64,000 bases of DNA from Octopus vulgaris (taxonomy: Eukaryota). The position numbers and the translations under genes were made by a program. The stretch covers positions 34,038,001 through 34,102,000 of the forward strand of contig OX597833.1 in assembly GCA_951406725.2 (NCBI GenBank), given 5' to 3'. Under the pieces are notes generated by a model, which searched no databases, was not told the DNA's origin, and was given only the letters and a program-made list of their open reading frames with translations. Below are positions 10,560 through 23,530 of this stretch, one piece after another. Position 1 is the stretch's first letter; each line of letters opens with the position of its first letter.

Positions 10560-13500
10560 TTCAATTCATCCAAATCATGATTCACTGCGGTTCCCATTGC
10601 TATTTCTATTTGGTGACAGGGAATTGAGTGTCAACTTTTAATGTTGTGGTAAGAGTCATAAAATATCACAGATGGATTTTTACAAAAGGCTCATGGTTCA
10701 GGGACATGATGTCCATTTCCGTCATAACTCAGGTTGTTTAGCTCAGGAATATTATTGTGATGTGTATTCCAAGATTGAAAAAGCAAAATTATAGTAGATT
10801 CGATCTAATGAAAAAGAATCAGTGCAGAAATTTATCAAAATATTCAGGATTACATGTATTCCCATAGTTCAAATATTGGCAAAAGAGTAATCAAACCTTT
10901 GACATTAATAAAGACCCACAATGGATGCAGAAACTTGACTAGGATTCAATGGCAATTGTTCCAAAGTTAAGGAAACCAAATTTCTTCATCACGTTCACAT
11001 GTAATCCCCAATGGGAAGCATAATCACAGACACCGGCTGACAGAATATTTGATATGAAACTTAGAGATCTCTTATATGACATTTTGGGAGAGATTGCAGG
11101 GTGCACGTGGATTATAGTCTTTCAAAAGCATGGACTGCCCCATAGTCATATGTTGTTCATATTAAAAAAAGAATATATTAGATCCACAACATTATGAAAA
11201 GTTTGTTTATGCAGAACTCCCAAATCCACAAACAAACTAACTCTATTTCAACATGTCATTAAAACATGCTATATGGTCCATGTGGGAGAGATAAACCCAA
11301 TGCAACATGTAGGGTTGATGAAAATGTGAAAATTTCCCTAAAGACTTTCAGGAAAATACTTTACTCAATTATAACAGCAATCCACTTTACTGATGTTGAA
11401 ATAATGGTTCTACATTTACAAAGTCAAATGTTAAATCAGTAGTACCATATTCTCCCTTCTATTTAGTCAAATATGGAGGTCATTTAATGCAGAGATATGT
11501 ACAGCTGTAAAAATCAGTAAAATATATTCAGTAACTATGCCTCTCCTGGTCTCGATGGTGTTACATACCTACTTCTCAAACGCGGTGAGTACTTTCTTCT
11601 AAACCAACTTTCACTATTCTTTCAATTCTGTCTTGACAATGGTGTTACTCCAGAGCAGTAGAAAACTGCCAGTGTTATCACTTTGTTCAAAAAAGGTGAC
11701 CGCACATCGCCTGTCAACTATTGCCCTGTTAGTCTTACTAGCTGCATTGCCAAACTGATGGAATCCTGTGTCAGAGAAACCCTCTGGAACTTCTGGAAGT
11801 AACACAGCCTCATTCAGCCATCACAATTTGGATTTATTCCTAACTCCAGCTGCTGTAATCAACTCATCGAGTTTCTAGAGGACATTACCCGAATCACTGA
11901 TTGTGGATCCAGGGTGGATGTTGTTTACCTGGACTTTGCTACGGCTTTTAATTCTGTGCCACACAAAAGACTTATGGTGAAACTCTCTGCAACGGGTGTA
12001 AGAGATGATCTCTATAACTGGTTGAAGTCCTTCATTATCGGCCGAAAAGAGGTTGTCACAGTTCTAGGACAGCACTCTTCCCCCTATGAGATGACATCTG
12101 ATGTACCACAGGGATCTGTTCTTGGCCCCCTTTTATTTGTTGCAGATGTTAATGACATAGATGCCAACTTAAAGAATGCCACAGTGCTGAAATATTCAGA
12201 TGACATCAAGCTGTACCTCAAAATAAAGAAGACAGATCCTGTACACTATAGATCTTTATTACAATCAGACCTGGACACAATGCAGCAGTGGATCGTGGAC
12301 TGGCAACTCAAGCTGGCTGTGGCAAATGTACCACCATGCATTATGGGAGGAAAAACCCAGCATCTACTTCTTCCACAACACTAATCTCAAAAAAGTCTTC
12401 TTGTGAACATGACTTGGGCATTATTGTTGACAGCGATTTGCATTGGACAAAACACATTGCTAAAATTGCCAAGAAGGTTGAGGGTGTCTTGGCATCACTC
12501 ACCAAGTCCTTTGTGAGCTGTTCTCTGGCTATCTCTCTACGGCTTTATATAGCTATGGTGCGACCTCACCTGGAATTTGCATCACCAGTCTGGAACCCCT
12601 ATCTTGCCCAAAATATTAATCGTCTGGAAACCGTTCAGTGATGTGCAACCAAGAGAATACCCTCCATCAGGCATTTGCCATATTCTGAACGCCTTACTTC
12701 CCAGGGCATGGATACATTTAAACTCCGACGTCTGGCAGCTGACTTGGCAGATACCCATAAAATTATTAACCATCTTACAAACAATAACTCTGAGCACCTT
12801 TTCAAACTCCACCTGTCTAACACCCATGGACATGTTTACAAAGTCAGAAAACAGCACAGCTCCCGTGACTTTTGGAAACATTTTTTCATGCTAAGAGTTG
12901 CTGAAGCATGGAACAAACTGCCGGCATCAGTTGTTAGTTGCCAGAGCACTGCATCCTTCAAAACTTCCATGCTTCCTGAGATTCGCCAATGCTACACCTG
13001 ATTTTCTCCCCTCCATACACACGCAAGCATGTATCTAACTCATACACTGTTCACTTTCCAGATATTTGTACATTACTGCATATGCTTTATATGCACTTTT
13101 GAAAAGTTGTGGTGCACCTGAGCATTGTATACAATAATTTCATTATTATTTTAAAGGGGATTAGGTGACACTCAATGTTAGGAGACAAACCAATGCATTA
13201 CAAACAGAAACACACAAAGATGAAATTGTAAATTATAGAGCTATTAATGGTGTAGTTTTCCCTACTTAGAAAGAAGCTGCAAGAAAACTGGGTCTTGCAC
13301 ATGATGACCGTGAATACTATTTAACTATGGAGTTTTCAAATATTTTAACAACTCCATATCAGCTACAAAAACTTTTCTGCTTTGACAAATTATTTACAGC
13401 ATTTGGAAGACAACTTTCAGATCAAATGACTACTTTAGAAATAGAACATATTGAAGATAGCGTACACAACATACATTACAATAAAAACTGAACTTATTTT

Positions 13501-14676
13501 AAGAGAATATGGTTTAACATCAGTACAGGCAACCAATTCATTCTGAAAAGCCTTAGAGATTTTCCACAGATCGAACAAGAATTTCTTTGATGAAAATACC
13601 AAAAAATTAAATTGTGATCAACAAGCAACATTTCAGATCATTAAAGAGGCAATTCACAAATCAAAAGCAGATACTCACTGTCACAAGATTTTCACTGATA
13701 AAACTTTGTTTATTGATGGGCCAGATGTGCCAGGTAAAACTTTTCTCTACAGCATCATTCTCTCCAATATCCACAAAGAAGGAAAGATTGCAATAGCAAT
13801 TGCATCATCTGCTGTAGCTGCATTGCTATTTGCTGGATGTACAACAACTCGTTCAGTTTTCTCCGTCCCTTCAATCCAGTTAGTGATGTCACATGTAATG
13901 CATCCATACAGAGTAACAAAGCCACTTACATCATTCAGGCTGATGTTTATAATTTGAGATGGACTACCCCCATGTCTCACCATTTCCTCCCACCTCCCAG
14001 AAGCATTAGATCGAACATTAAGGGATTTTATGAAAATGGTTGACCCCACGTTTGAACATGTTCTGCTTGGAGGAAAAGTAATAACTTTTGGTGAGGATTT
14101 TTAACAAATGTTATCTGTCATTAAACTTAGAGGCTGAGCACAGACAGTAGATGGTAGTTTTAACAATACATCTTTATGAAAACTTGTAAAAACATTTAAC
14201 TGACAGAAAACAGGCAATTAAAATCATATGCACAGAATTCAGAAGACCAAAACAACCAAATTCAGTTCAATAACTTTACTTCATAAAGAAAACGGTTCTG
14301 TAGAAGCAAATGGCAAAATTTTTATACCCCAGGGATGTAATATTGTTCATGATTTCAATGACCTCATTTCCTTGGTTTTAATAGTAATGTCAGGAATGCA
14401 TTGCAGAGCCTGAAAGATTTTCAAAAATTGTTTTAGCACCCAAAAATATTGTTGTTGATCTCTTTAATGAGGAAATACTAAAACTTTCCAGGAGATGAAA
14501 AGATTCTCTTTAGTCGTGATCAATGTTTGCATCAGGATGACCCTTCAGGATTCATTACAGAGTACTTAGATATGCTAAATATTTCAGGCTTACTGTTACA
14601 CACATTAAAATTAAAGACTAACACAGTAATTATTCTCTTACATACAAATGATCGAGTTAATGGCATGTGTAATGGC
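10560..14676 (+). pseudogene. Helitron Rep/Pif1-helicase remnant (interrupted by a LINE)
   Basis: Rep motifs SLRFPLLF, KPNFFITFTCNPQW (~10970-11015), VFQKHGLPHSHML (HUH, ~11115-11155), YGPCG, VVPYSP; helicase FIDGP..GKTFLY (ORF 13706), GGKVITFGEDF*Q, LAPKN, LNISGL..H.LKLK..NGMCNG. Confidence 0.9.
11535..13150 (+). mobile_element. CR1-type LINE, 5'-truncated RT pseudogene
   Basis: SPGLDG, FKKGDR..P.NYCPVSLTS, QFGF, VDVVYLDFATAF, VPQGSVLGPLLF, YSDD, VRPHLEFASPVWNP; (ATT)n tail; stops and frameshifts. Confidence 0.92.
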
Positions 14677-14677
14677 C

Positions 14678-14992
14678 ATAGCTATGATCTCAGCTTGCCA
14701 GGTCTTCTCAAGCACAGCATATCTCCAAAGATCTTTGCCTCTGTGAGGCTTAATGTTCAAAGGTTGCGCTTCACCATCTCATCCCAGGTCTTCCTGGATC
14801 TACCTTTTCCACAGGTTCCTTCCACAGTCAGAGATCAGCACTTCTTTACACAGCTATCCTCATCCATACATAACACATGACCATACCAGTGCAGTTGTCT
14901 CTCCTGCACACCATACCTGATGCTTCTTATGTCCAACTTTTCTCTTAGGGTGCTTACACTCTGTTGTGCATACACACTGACATTACACGTCC
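14678..14992 (-). mobile_element. RTE LINE 3' fragment
   Basis: Minus strand reads GKGRSRKTWDEMVK; homologous to 39230-39540. Confidence 0.85.
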
Positions 14993-15231
14993 AGAAGAGG
15001 TAAAATATGTAGTGACCATTATTTTTAACTTATTTCTTATATATCACTCTGTGTAAAACCCAGTTTGTCTGGAGCCCATCCATGGATTTACAATATAGAT
15101 TTGTGATGAACCTTGGACCCTACCAAAAGATTACCTGGAGTTCTTCACTAATCTAAGTAATACTGTTAGCCTGGTGTGCAAACAGAGTGCTTATGAAGTA
15201 TTTTGCCCAGATTGGTAATCCCTCACTATAT

Positions 15232-15301
<70 letters not shown>

Positions 15302-15441
15302 CATGTGTCCGATCAGGATATCAGATGTTATACATCATTGGTCACAATGTGCTTTTGCAAATGACACCACCCTGCTGGCTAGGTGAGCAGGCCATATATA
15401 TATATATACACACACACATACACATACATATGTATATATAT

Positions 15442-15470
<29 letters not shown>

Positions 15471-15474
<4 letters not shown>

Positions 15475-16326
15475 GTGTTTCAGTTAAATTTGACAGTTTG
15501 CATAAGACAAAAAGAAAACAAAATATACCATCCAAAAATAAAGTATCTTAAAAAATTTTTAAATATCAACTAGATTATGGCTGAGAGATAACAGTTTATT
15601 CAAAGTAGCCGCTGTCAGCTTCCACGATATCCTCAAGATAGCTCCAGAACCTGGTGCATGCATTACTCACTATGTTTCTGGGAAGATCTTCCAAAACATC
15701 CTTGATATTAGCCAGCAGCTCAACCTTGGTGTTTCAGGCAGAGCAGATGGTAATTTTCTCAACAGCAGCCCACCACATGGAATTGCAATCAGGGAAATTA
15801 GGAGGCTAGAAATTTGGACTGGTGGAGTGTGGCAACCACTTTTCTTTCTGGAGGTATGGCAAAGAGCCGAAAACTGCTGTCACACATATAGCCATCTAGC
15901 GGCAACCCTCTCCAACCAGGGTTTAATCACAGTCTCAAGTAGCTTCACATAGCCATCTGAATTGAGCCTAAGGCCTTTACCTTAGTCATTGGATGAATTC
16001 CACCAGATGAGCTCTTTCTTGTTGGCCACAACTCCATAATCTACATTGCATCTGTCCATGTCATGTCTTACAGCCATTACAGTGTTCATAGAGCATTGAG
16101 TAACAGCTGTGATGTTAGCATATTGACACCCAGTGCAAATCATCATGATACTGTTAACTCTTTTCCAATATTCATATGGCTTCCAGTCCACCATGTCAGC
16201 TAACTGTTTCCCAACTACAACTTTAATCATTACGTTCTCCAATGCTGTTGATTGCTCACCAATACATCAAACTGTTCCTGAGAAAAGGAGACATAAAAAA
16301 TCATCAAATTTAGCCTGAGCACTCTT
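15471..16326 (-). mobile_element. Internally deleted Tc1/mariner element (maT/DD37D-like)
   Basis: TIRs cagggtgtttcagttaaatttgac / atcaaatttagcctgagcactct; internal PPN.PDCNSM motif on the minus strand; sister copy at 60010-60862. Confidence 0.75.
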
Positions 16327-16520
16327 TATATATAATTCTCTTTTTAGGTAATAGTGTTCTCTCAAGATACACATAAAGTTATAGATAGTAGTATGACCAG
16401 TTCAAGTCCCATGAGCAGCCTTTGACTTTTTCTAACTAAAACGGTTTTTGAACACAATATTTACATCCTATTATTTACATTTTTATGCAAGCCTTGAGAG
16501 CCACTATTTCACAAAAAAAC

Positions 16521-17485
16521 TACAAGGGTGAACTGAAAAGTTCACAGGCTGACTATGAAGTGGTGATGCTAGAGCTGTGAAATTTTGTATGCATTAATTT
16601 CAACACTTCTTATTATTAACTACATTGTTTCTTTCCAGGTAAATTGACATCTGCCTGTTCAAAGAATACTTCAAAATTAACTAATAGTGACTTTTCTTGA
16701 AACTGGACAAAATTTCGCATCGTGGTGTTATCAAGTACCAACAGAAACGGATTAGCCCCCAAGGACATTCATACTGACATGGTTGCTACATTAAGGGATG
16801 ATGCTCCAGGTTTATCAACAGTGCAAACGTAGGCAGCTGAATTTAGGAGGGGAAGAGACAGTTTAGAAGATGTCCCAATATCTGGATGTCCTGCAACAGC
16901 AATTACCAAGGAAAACATTGATCATGTTCCCCAGATGGAGATGGATGACAGGCAATTGACTATAAATCAAATGGCCAATGCTGTTAGCATATGCTGTAAG
17001 TGAGTTAAGAATATTCTGCATAATGAACTACTTGGCATGATGAAGGTTTCTGCTCAGTGGATATCATGTCCAATGACCCCTGATCAAAAGCATGTCAGAC
17101 TGATCACATCACAGTAAAATTTGACATTGTTTCAGGCAGATCCAGCTGATTTCCTTGAATGTTTCCTAACCTAAGATGAGTGTTGGTTTCATCACTCTGA
17201 GCCAGAGACAAAGAAACAATCCATGAAGTGGAAACACTTCTCCTTACCTGCTTCAAAGAAAGCCAAAGTTGTTTCATCTGCAGAGATGGCCTCAGTTTTT
17301 TTGGCAATCAAAAGATATTATGTTTATTGACTATCTTGAAAAGGGCCACGCCATTAATGGTGAGGCAGTTATGAAAGGCTGTCAAGACCAAACACTGAGG
17401 AAAACTGACAAAATATGTCTTGTTTTATCAGGGTAATGCCATGTGTGTTTGTGGCTTTGAACTGGTTAATCACCTTGCCAATTCT
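16521..17485 (+). pseudogene. mariner transposase remnant
   Basis: TA-CAAGGGTGAACTGAAAAGTT left TIR; HRGVIKY, DIHTDMVATLRDDAP..STV..*AAEFRRGRDSLED, KVSAQWI..MTPDQK (degenerate WVPxxL). Confidence 0.85.
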
Positions 17486-17490
17486 CAGGT

Positions 17491-17908
17491 ATTTCAGCAA
17501 TTTTAAGGGGAGGGGGAAAGTTGATTACAACAACCCCAGTATTTGACTGATACTATATTTTATCACCTCTCAAAAAGATGTAAGGCAAAGTCAACCTCAG
17601 CAGAATTTGAACTCTGAATATAATGGATTGGAAGAAATGCCACTAACTATTTTGTCCAGTGCACTAACTACTCTGCCAGCTCATCACCTCAATAATAATA
17701 ATCCTTCCTAGTGTAGGCACAAGGCCTGAAATTTGGAAGTAGTGGTTAAAGCAATTACATCAACCCCAGTGTTCAACTGGTATTTACAAAAGGATGAAAG
17801 GCAGAATTGATCTCAGCAAAATTTGAGCTCAGAATGTAAAGATGGACAAAATGCTACTAAGCATTTTGTGCAGCATGCTAATGATTCTGCCAGCTCACCA
17901 CCTTAAGG

Positions 17909-17958
<50 letters not shown>

Positions 17959-18637
17959 GATAATGATAATAATAATAATGATGATGATCATGATGGTTTC
18001 AAATTTTGGCACAAGACTAGCAATTTTGGGGGAGGGGATAAGTCAATTACATTGACCCCAGAGCTCAACCCCTGAAAGAATGAAAGGCAAAGAAAACCTC
18101 AGCTGCATTTGAACTCAGAACATAAAGACAGACAAAATGCTGCTGAGCATTTTGTCCATCACGGTAGCAATTCTGCCAGTTCATTGCCTTTATAAAAATA
18201 ATGATAGTAATAATAATAATAATGGTTTTAAATTTTGCCACAAGGGCAGCAATTTGGGATAGGGAGTGAGTCGATTACATCAACCCCAGGGTTCAACTGG
18301 TACTTATTTCATTGACCCTTTCAGGATGAAAGGCAAAGTTGACCTCGGCAGAATTTGAACTCAGAATGTAGTGGCAGATGAAATATCATGAAACATTTCG
18401 CCTAGTGTGCTTATGATTCTGCCAACTAACTGCCTTAATAGTATTAATAATAATTTTTTTTACTATTGGCACATGACCAAAAAAAAATTGGGGGAGAGGG
18501 GTTTGTCAATTTCATCTGCCTCAGTGCTCAGCTTGTAATTATTTTATTGATCCCAAAATAGGGTGACAGGCAGAGTCAACCACAGTGGAATTTTAACTCA
18601 GAACAGTGTATTAACAATTCTGCCAGCTCACTGCCTT
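17491..18637 (-). repeat. Five head-to-tail tRNA-derived SINE copies separated by (AAT)n
   Basis: Units ~17491-17690, 17703-17904, 17993-18190, 18222-18436 and 18454-18637 each end ..tctgccagctc...cctt and contain ggca(a/g)ag..acctc.gc.gaatttgaactcagaa. Confidence 0.9.
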
Positions 18638-19444
18638 AATAACTCGTTTATTTCCACTTAATACCAAACAAAATGTAATGTAGTAAAAAATGTTCAAAAG
18701 TAATTCATATTTCTTCCAGCACATTCTTAGGATTGTTAATTATTTCTCCTTATAACATTAAAAGGATAATAAAAACATTACTCTGGATAGAAAATAGCTA
18801 TTGTAACTATTTCACCTCATGTCTTGGTGCTAGTTGGAGTAGAATTATAAAGTGTTTTAGAGAGGAATTCATTGCTATGGTGATCATTTCTAAGACAATC
18901 CTAAGTGAATAGACCTATGGTCAAACAGATTTAATCTGTTACCTGATTCAACACTACCACTTGATGTTCCTACACCTTGCTCATCATCCTCATTTTCCTG
19001 ATCTATCATCCCTGAGCCACTTCTGTTTCCTTCCCTTTATCCCCACCTTCCCTATACTGACATTTCCCACCAAGCTGCAACTTCACCCTTGTTCATCACT
19101 TACTACATTTACCTCTACCCCCATCTCTAATCAATTGTCACTCTCACTTCACACTCTTATAACTCTTTACCCACTCTTGATCCATTGCCTATGTTCTATC
19201 CTAATGAATAAACTAATACACTACAACAGTGTAATAACAATATAATCAAAACAAATGGCAATAACTTCACAGAACAACAATCATTTAAGAACCAACAATC
19301 CAACATGCTAACTCAAACTGTAAACTTTGAACTATCAACACATGCACAGTGGAACTATCACAAACTAGCTCACTTACTCAGACCACTACTATTTATATGT
19401 AGTGGTCCAGTCCATTCTTGCCAGGGGGCATCATAATCTCGCAC

Positions 19445-19492
19445 AACATCTCATTTTTTGAGATTTCCTGTTTCAAAGGAATAAAGAAATTT

Positions 19493-19554
<62 letters not shown>

Positions 19555-19599
19555 AATTTCTTTATTCCTTTCAAACATGAAATCTCAAAAAATGAGATG

Positions 19600-19601
<2 letters not shown>
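19445..19601. repeat. Palindrome: ~52-bp arms around (TA)n
   Basis: aacatctcattttttgagatttc...gaaatttgttt (TA)n aaacaaatttc...gaaatctcaaaaaatgagatgtt. Confidence 0.9.
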
Positions 19602-19661
<60 letters not shown>

Positions 19662-19711
19662 TTTTTGGATTTGGTTTGCAAGATACTTTATGTGAGTTCG
19701 TGTGTTGAAGC

Positions 19712-20094
19712 ATATTCTGTTGTGTCTGGGGAGAGTCATTTTCTTTTTGAGCCTTATAATTTAACACACTCACCGGTAAAATTTCCCCTTATTTCTTATT
19801 TTTTATTTTCCTAAAATTTTCGTTGCATCTTGCAACCTTTTCAATAATCTATTGCCTGTCACCCTATTTTGGGATCGATAAAATAAGTAACAGCTGAGCA
19901 CTGAGGGAGACGAAATTGACAAGCCCCTCTTCCCAAATTCTTTTAGGCCATGTGCCAATAGTAAAAAAAATAGACAATTGAAAAGGTTGCAAGATACAAT
20001 GAAAATTTTAGGAAAATAAAAAATAAGAAATAAGTGGAAATTTTACTGGAAAGGCACAAAAAGAAAATGACTCTCCCCAGACACAACAGAATAT
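19712..20094. repeat. Fold-back element (arms 19712-19851 / 19971-20094) with a SINE fragment as its loop
   Basis: atattctgttgtgtctggggagagtcattttc...tgcaaccttttcaat / attgaaaaggttgca...gaaaatgactctccccagacacaacagaatat. Confidence 0.9.
19811..19847 (-). ncRNA. Hammerhead-like motif with U3-A8 core
   Basis: TTA-TTGAAAA-G-GTTGCA(AGA)TGCAAC-GAA-AATT-T-TAG; stem I is only 3 bp; decayed copy on + at ~19975-20011. Confidence 0.45.
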
Positions 20095-20184
20095 ATATAT
20101 ATATATATAAAATCCGTTGAAACTACACCTGATTATATATACACTTTAGATGAGTTGTAGTGCACCTGAGCACTGTACACAATT

Positions 20185-20216
<32 letters not shown>

Positions 20217-20219
20217 TGT

Positions 20220-20540
20220 GTCTCTTTTGTTTGGGCATTATCTCAAGGTGTTCAATTTGCTTTCTTTTTCTCATGCTGGTTCTACAGGATTCTATTACTT
20301 TTGGTATTGGTACATCAAATATTTCCCAGAATACTTCCAAGGGAATTTCTTCCTGATCTAGGGTACACCTCTTCCTTAGTTGGTTTATATGTCTCTTATG
20401 TTCACTGTGTGATCCTTTAATTAGATACATCATACTTCCAATTTTTCTGGTAACAAGGCTATCTTCCCAATCTTCTTTACCATTCCTATAGGTTTTGAAA
20501 TGCACTTTATCATGTATTTCGCTGCTTTTTTTCATATTTC
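20220..20540 (-). pseudogene. Gypsy post-integrase C-terminal remnant
   Basis: W...VTRKIGSMMYLI....KRHINQLRKR (ORF 20146-20535). Confidence 0.6.
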
Positions 20541-20557
20541 CTTTATGTTTTAGATGG

Positions 20558-20899
20558 TGTTAGAATCAGGGTCATGGAGTCCTTCAGAAGGCTGAAATGT
20601 CATTTGATAGGAACGTAGTACAAAGAAATACATACAACAAGATTGTAACTTTAAATACCTTTAATGTCGGCTTCACGTATATATATATAAGTTGAATGAT
20701 AAATGGAAAGAGTTTGATGCATGGAGGCCATGATCTTCTGTGTGCTACCTCATGTCTGCTAATCACCAGGTGTTGTAAGAGAGCCAGCTAGATGCCAAAA
20801 GAGGAAGTCTCAAGGCCTCATGTCAGAATCTCACCGCTGCTTGCACCATCAAGTGCAAGCTTGTTTAAACCCACAGTCAAGGGAGTAACTGTGCCTACA
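20558..20899 (-). mobile_element. Candidate 3' LTR of the Gypsy element
   Basis: On the minus strand: purine-rich aagggtgg just before TGTAG, a TATA-like run, ATTAAA, and the end ..CTAACA; lies downstream of the integrase. Confidence 0.45.
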
Positions 20900-21204
20900 G
20901 AGGCCACCCTTAAACTGGAAGCAGTCGATTAAGAGTAAGGTAGGTGGAGTACATGTGCACTAAGAGGGCACAGAAAAAAGGAACATGGTAAAACAGTTGT
21001 TGAAAAAATACAATGCATGTATGCATAAGGAAAAACATTCAGCAAAGAAAGGTGTCCAGTCAAATAGAACAAAGTATATATATATACAATGATACAGAAA
21101 GAGAGAAAATATGAATGCAGTGTCTATAACAACATAAGTCTATTCTCCGGAACAGTCACTGGCAAATCAAAGTTAAGAAATGTAAATAGACTGAGACAAT
21201 TTCT

Positions 21205-23530
21205 TCAGCCAGTGAACCAATCCACCAGAACATGTCCTGTGAGGTGAAGAATGTGTTTGTGTAGTTGTTTTTTTAGTGAGTGGAGGGGGTGCTTGTAGGG
21301 GTGCTTGTGGGGGTGGGGTGGCAGTATTTGTGAAATGATGGGTGTGTCAGCAAGTGGCATAAATGTTTTGGAAAAGATTTTTTTGACTTTGTCAATAGAG
21401 ACAGTCTCCTTTTTTCTGTGAATATCCACAGTGAACAGTTTTGGTGTGCTTCTAAGAACTCAATAGAGTCCTGTGTAGGGAGGTGTGAGCGGTCCCTTGA
21501 CGGCATCATTTCTTACAAATACGTGAGTCCAAGTAGAAATATCTGGAGGTACTGTACAAGAAATAGACTGGTCGCAAGGAAGCATCGGTAGTAGGTCAGC
21601 AAAGAATGACCTGAGTCGCATGATGTAAGATGTGAGCTTTGCATTCAGTAAGTCAATGGGCACCAACATTTGTCAAAGAAGTGCTAAGGTGGTGCCATAT
21701 AGGAGCTCAGCGGAGGAGTAGCCTAAATCCTCATTGACAGCTGAGCGGCACCCCATCAAATCAATGAGGAGAAACTCGGATCAACAATGAGGATCAGAAG
21801 CCACACGAATAGCGGCTTTAGCTGGCAGGGGAATCATTCCACCATTCTGTTTGCAGCAGGATGGTAACTTGTGGTGTGGATGTGCTGAACTCTGAGCAAT
21901 CTCGAAAGCTCATGGAACAGACAAGCTTCAAATTGGCATCCATGATCTGTAGTAATTCTAGAGGGTACTCTAAAGTGAGATATCCACCTGGAGATGACTG
22001 CTCTGGCAACTGTTTCTACAGAAATGTCCACAAGAGGGATGGCTTCAGGTTATCTGGAGAAATGATCAATGCAGGTCAATATATGAGTAAATCCACAACT
22101 GACCAGCCAAGGACCAATCAGGTTGATATGTATGTGATGGAACCTGATGTTTAGTGGCTGAAAGTGCCCAAGAAGTGCTTGCACATGACATTGCACCTTG
22201 GAATGCTGAGATGATAGACAGGCACGTGACCAAGCAGTAATAGACCGACACATATTCAGCCAGAAAAAGTGGGCCGAGATAAGCTTTACTGTAGTCGCAA
22301 TGCTGAGGTGTAACAGTGAATGCAGTGCTTCAAAAACAGCATGACAATGAGGTTCAGGAGCAATTAATTAAACCAATAACATTTCTGAGTTGTTTTAAGG
22401 AAACAGGAGGAGACAAGCATTTGATGGCTTCCACTTTAGAGGAAAGTGGATAAATACCATCAGCGTCAATGAGATGCCCCAAGAATTCCAAACTGGCAGA
22501 ACCAAATACACACTTAGCCGGATTGATCTTCACATCATAGGAACGTAGGCACTTGAAGAGTTAGGTTAAGTGTTGGAGGTACTGGTCTGGAGTACCACTG
22601 ACGATTAGAAAGTCATCAACGTATGCAAAGACAAAATCTAACAAAATCTAATCAAACAACCTCATCAATGAACCTTTTGAACGTGCTGGCCACATTGCGA
22701 GGACCAAACAGCATAGACAAGAATTCAGACACTCTAAATGGTATGGTGACAGCTGTCTTTGGAATGTCGATTTTAGAAAAAAATCTTACAGCCATGCAGG
22801 GCAGATGAAAAATCCTGCACATTGGGTAGGGGATTGGAATCCATGATAGTAACAGTGTTAAGACGTCTAAAATCTCCAACTGGTCGAAAATCAGTGTCAT
22901 TCTTCCTGCCCATGTGTAAAGGTGCTGCCCATGGGCTCGTGGAGGGACAAATAAGGCCCAGTTGGAACATGTGCTCGAATTCAGCCTGAGCAATCTGGAG
23001 TTTCTCTGCAGACAAACAGCACAGTCAGGAAAAAATTGAAGGTCTCTTAGTTGTGATGAAATGTCTTGTGGAATGGGCTAGATTTGATGGATGAAATAAC
23101 AAATCAGTCACCTCTGGAAACAAAGCGAGTAACTGGTGGTGAGAGTCGCCTGAAGCAGCCACAAAGAAAGAAGGACTCACAACAGGAACAGAAGAATCCT
23201 TTCCAGAGACAGCGAGTGAGGTAGTGTCATCAATAAGATGGCATCCTCTAACGTCCACAAGGAGAGAATAGAGATGTAAGAAGTCAGCACCAAGGATGGG
23301 ATAGGGCAGGTCCGCAATGACAAAAATCCACTCGAAATCCCTATGGAGGGATAAATCCAGGGTAAGAAAGATTTGTCCGTAGGTTTTAAAGGTGGAGTGA
23401 TTCACTGCATAGAGAAATATGTTGGAAAGACCAGAATTGGTGGAAATCTTCGAGGCCAAATACTTAAGCAGGCACCCATGTCCACCATAAAGGACTTTGA
23501 AGAAATAGCATCTTGGATAAAAATGCACAG
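21205..23530 (-). pseudogene. Ty3/Gypsy pol remnant (protease-RT-integrase; RNase H deleted)
   Basis: ILGADFL (protease); SPWAAPLHM, RPVGDFRRLN, FSKID, AYVDD (RT); HHCC-like region, IHINLIGP, LTCIDHFSR, ITTDHG.QF, TTSYHPAAN.MVE (integrase). Confidence 0.93.
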
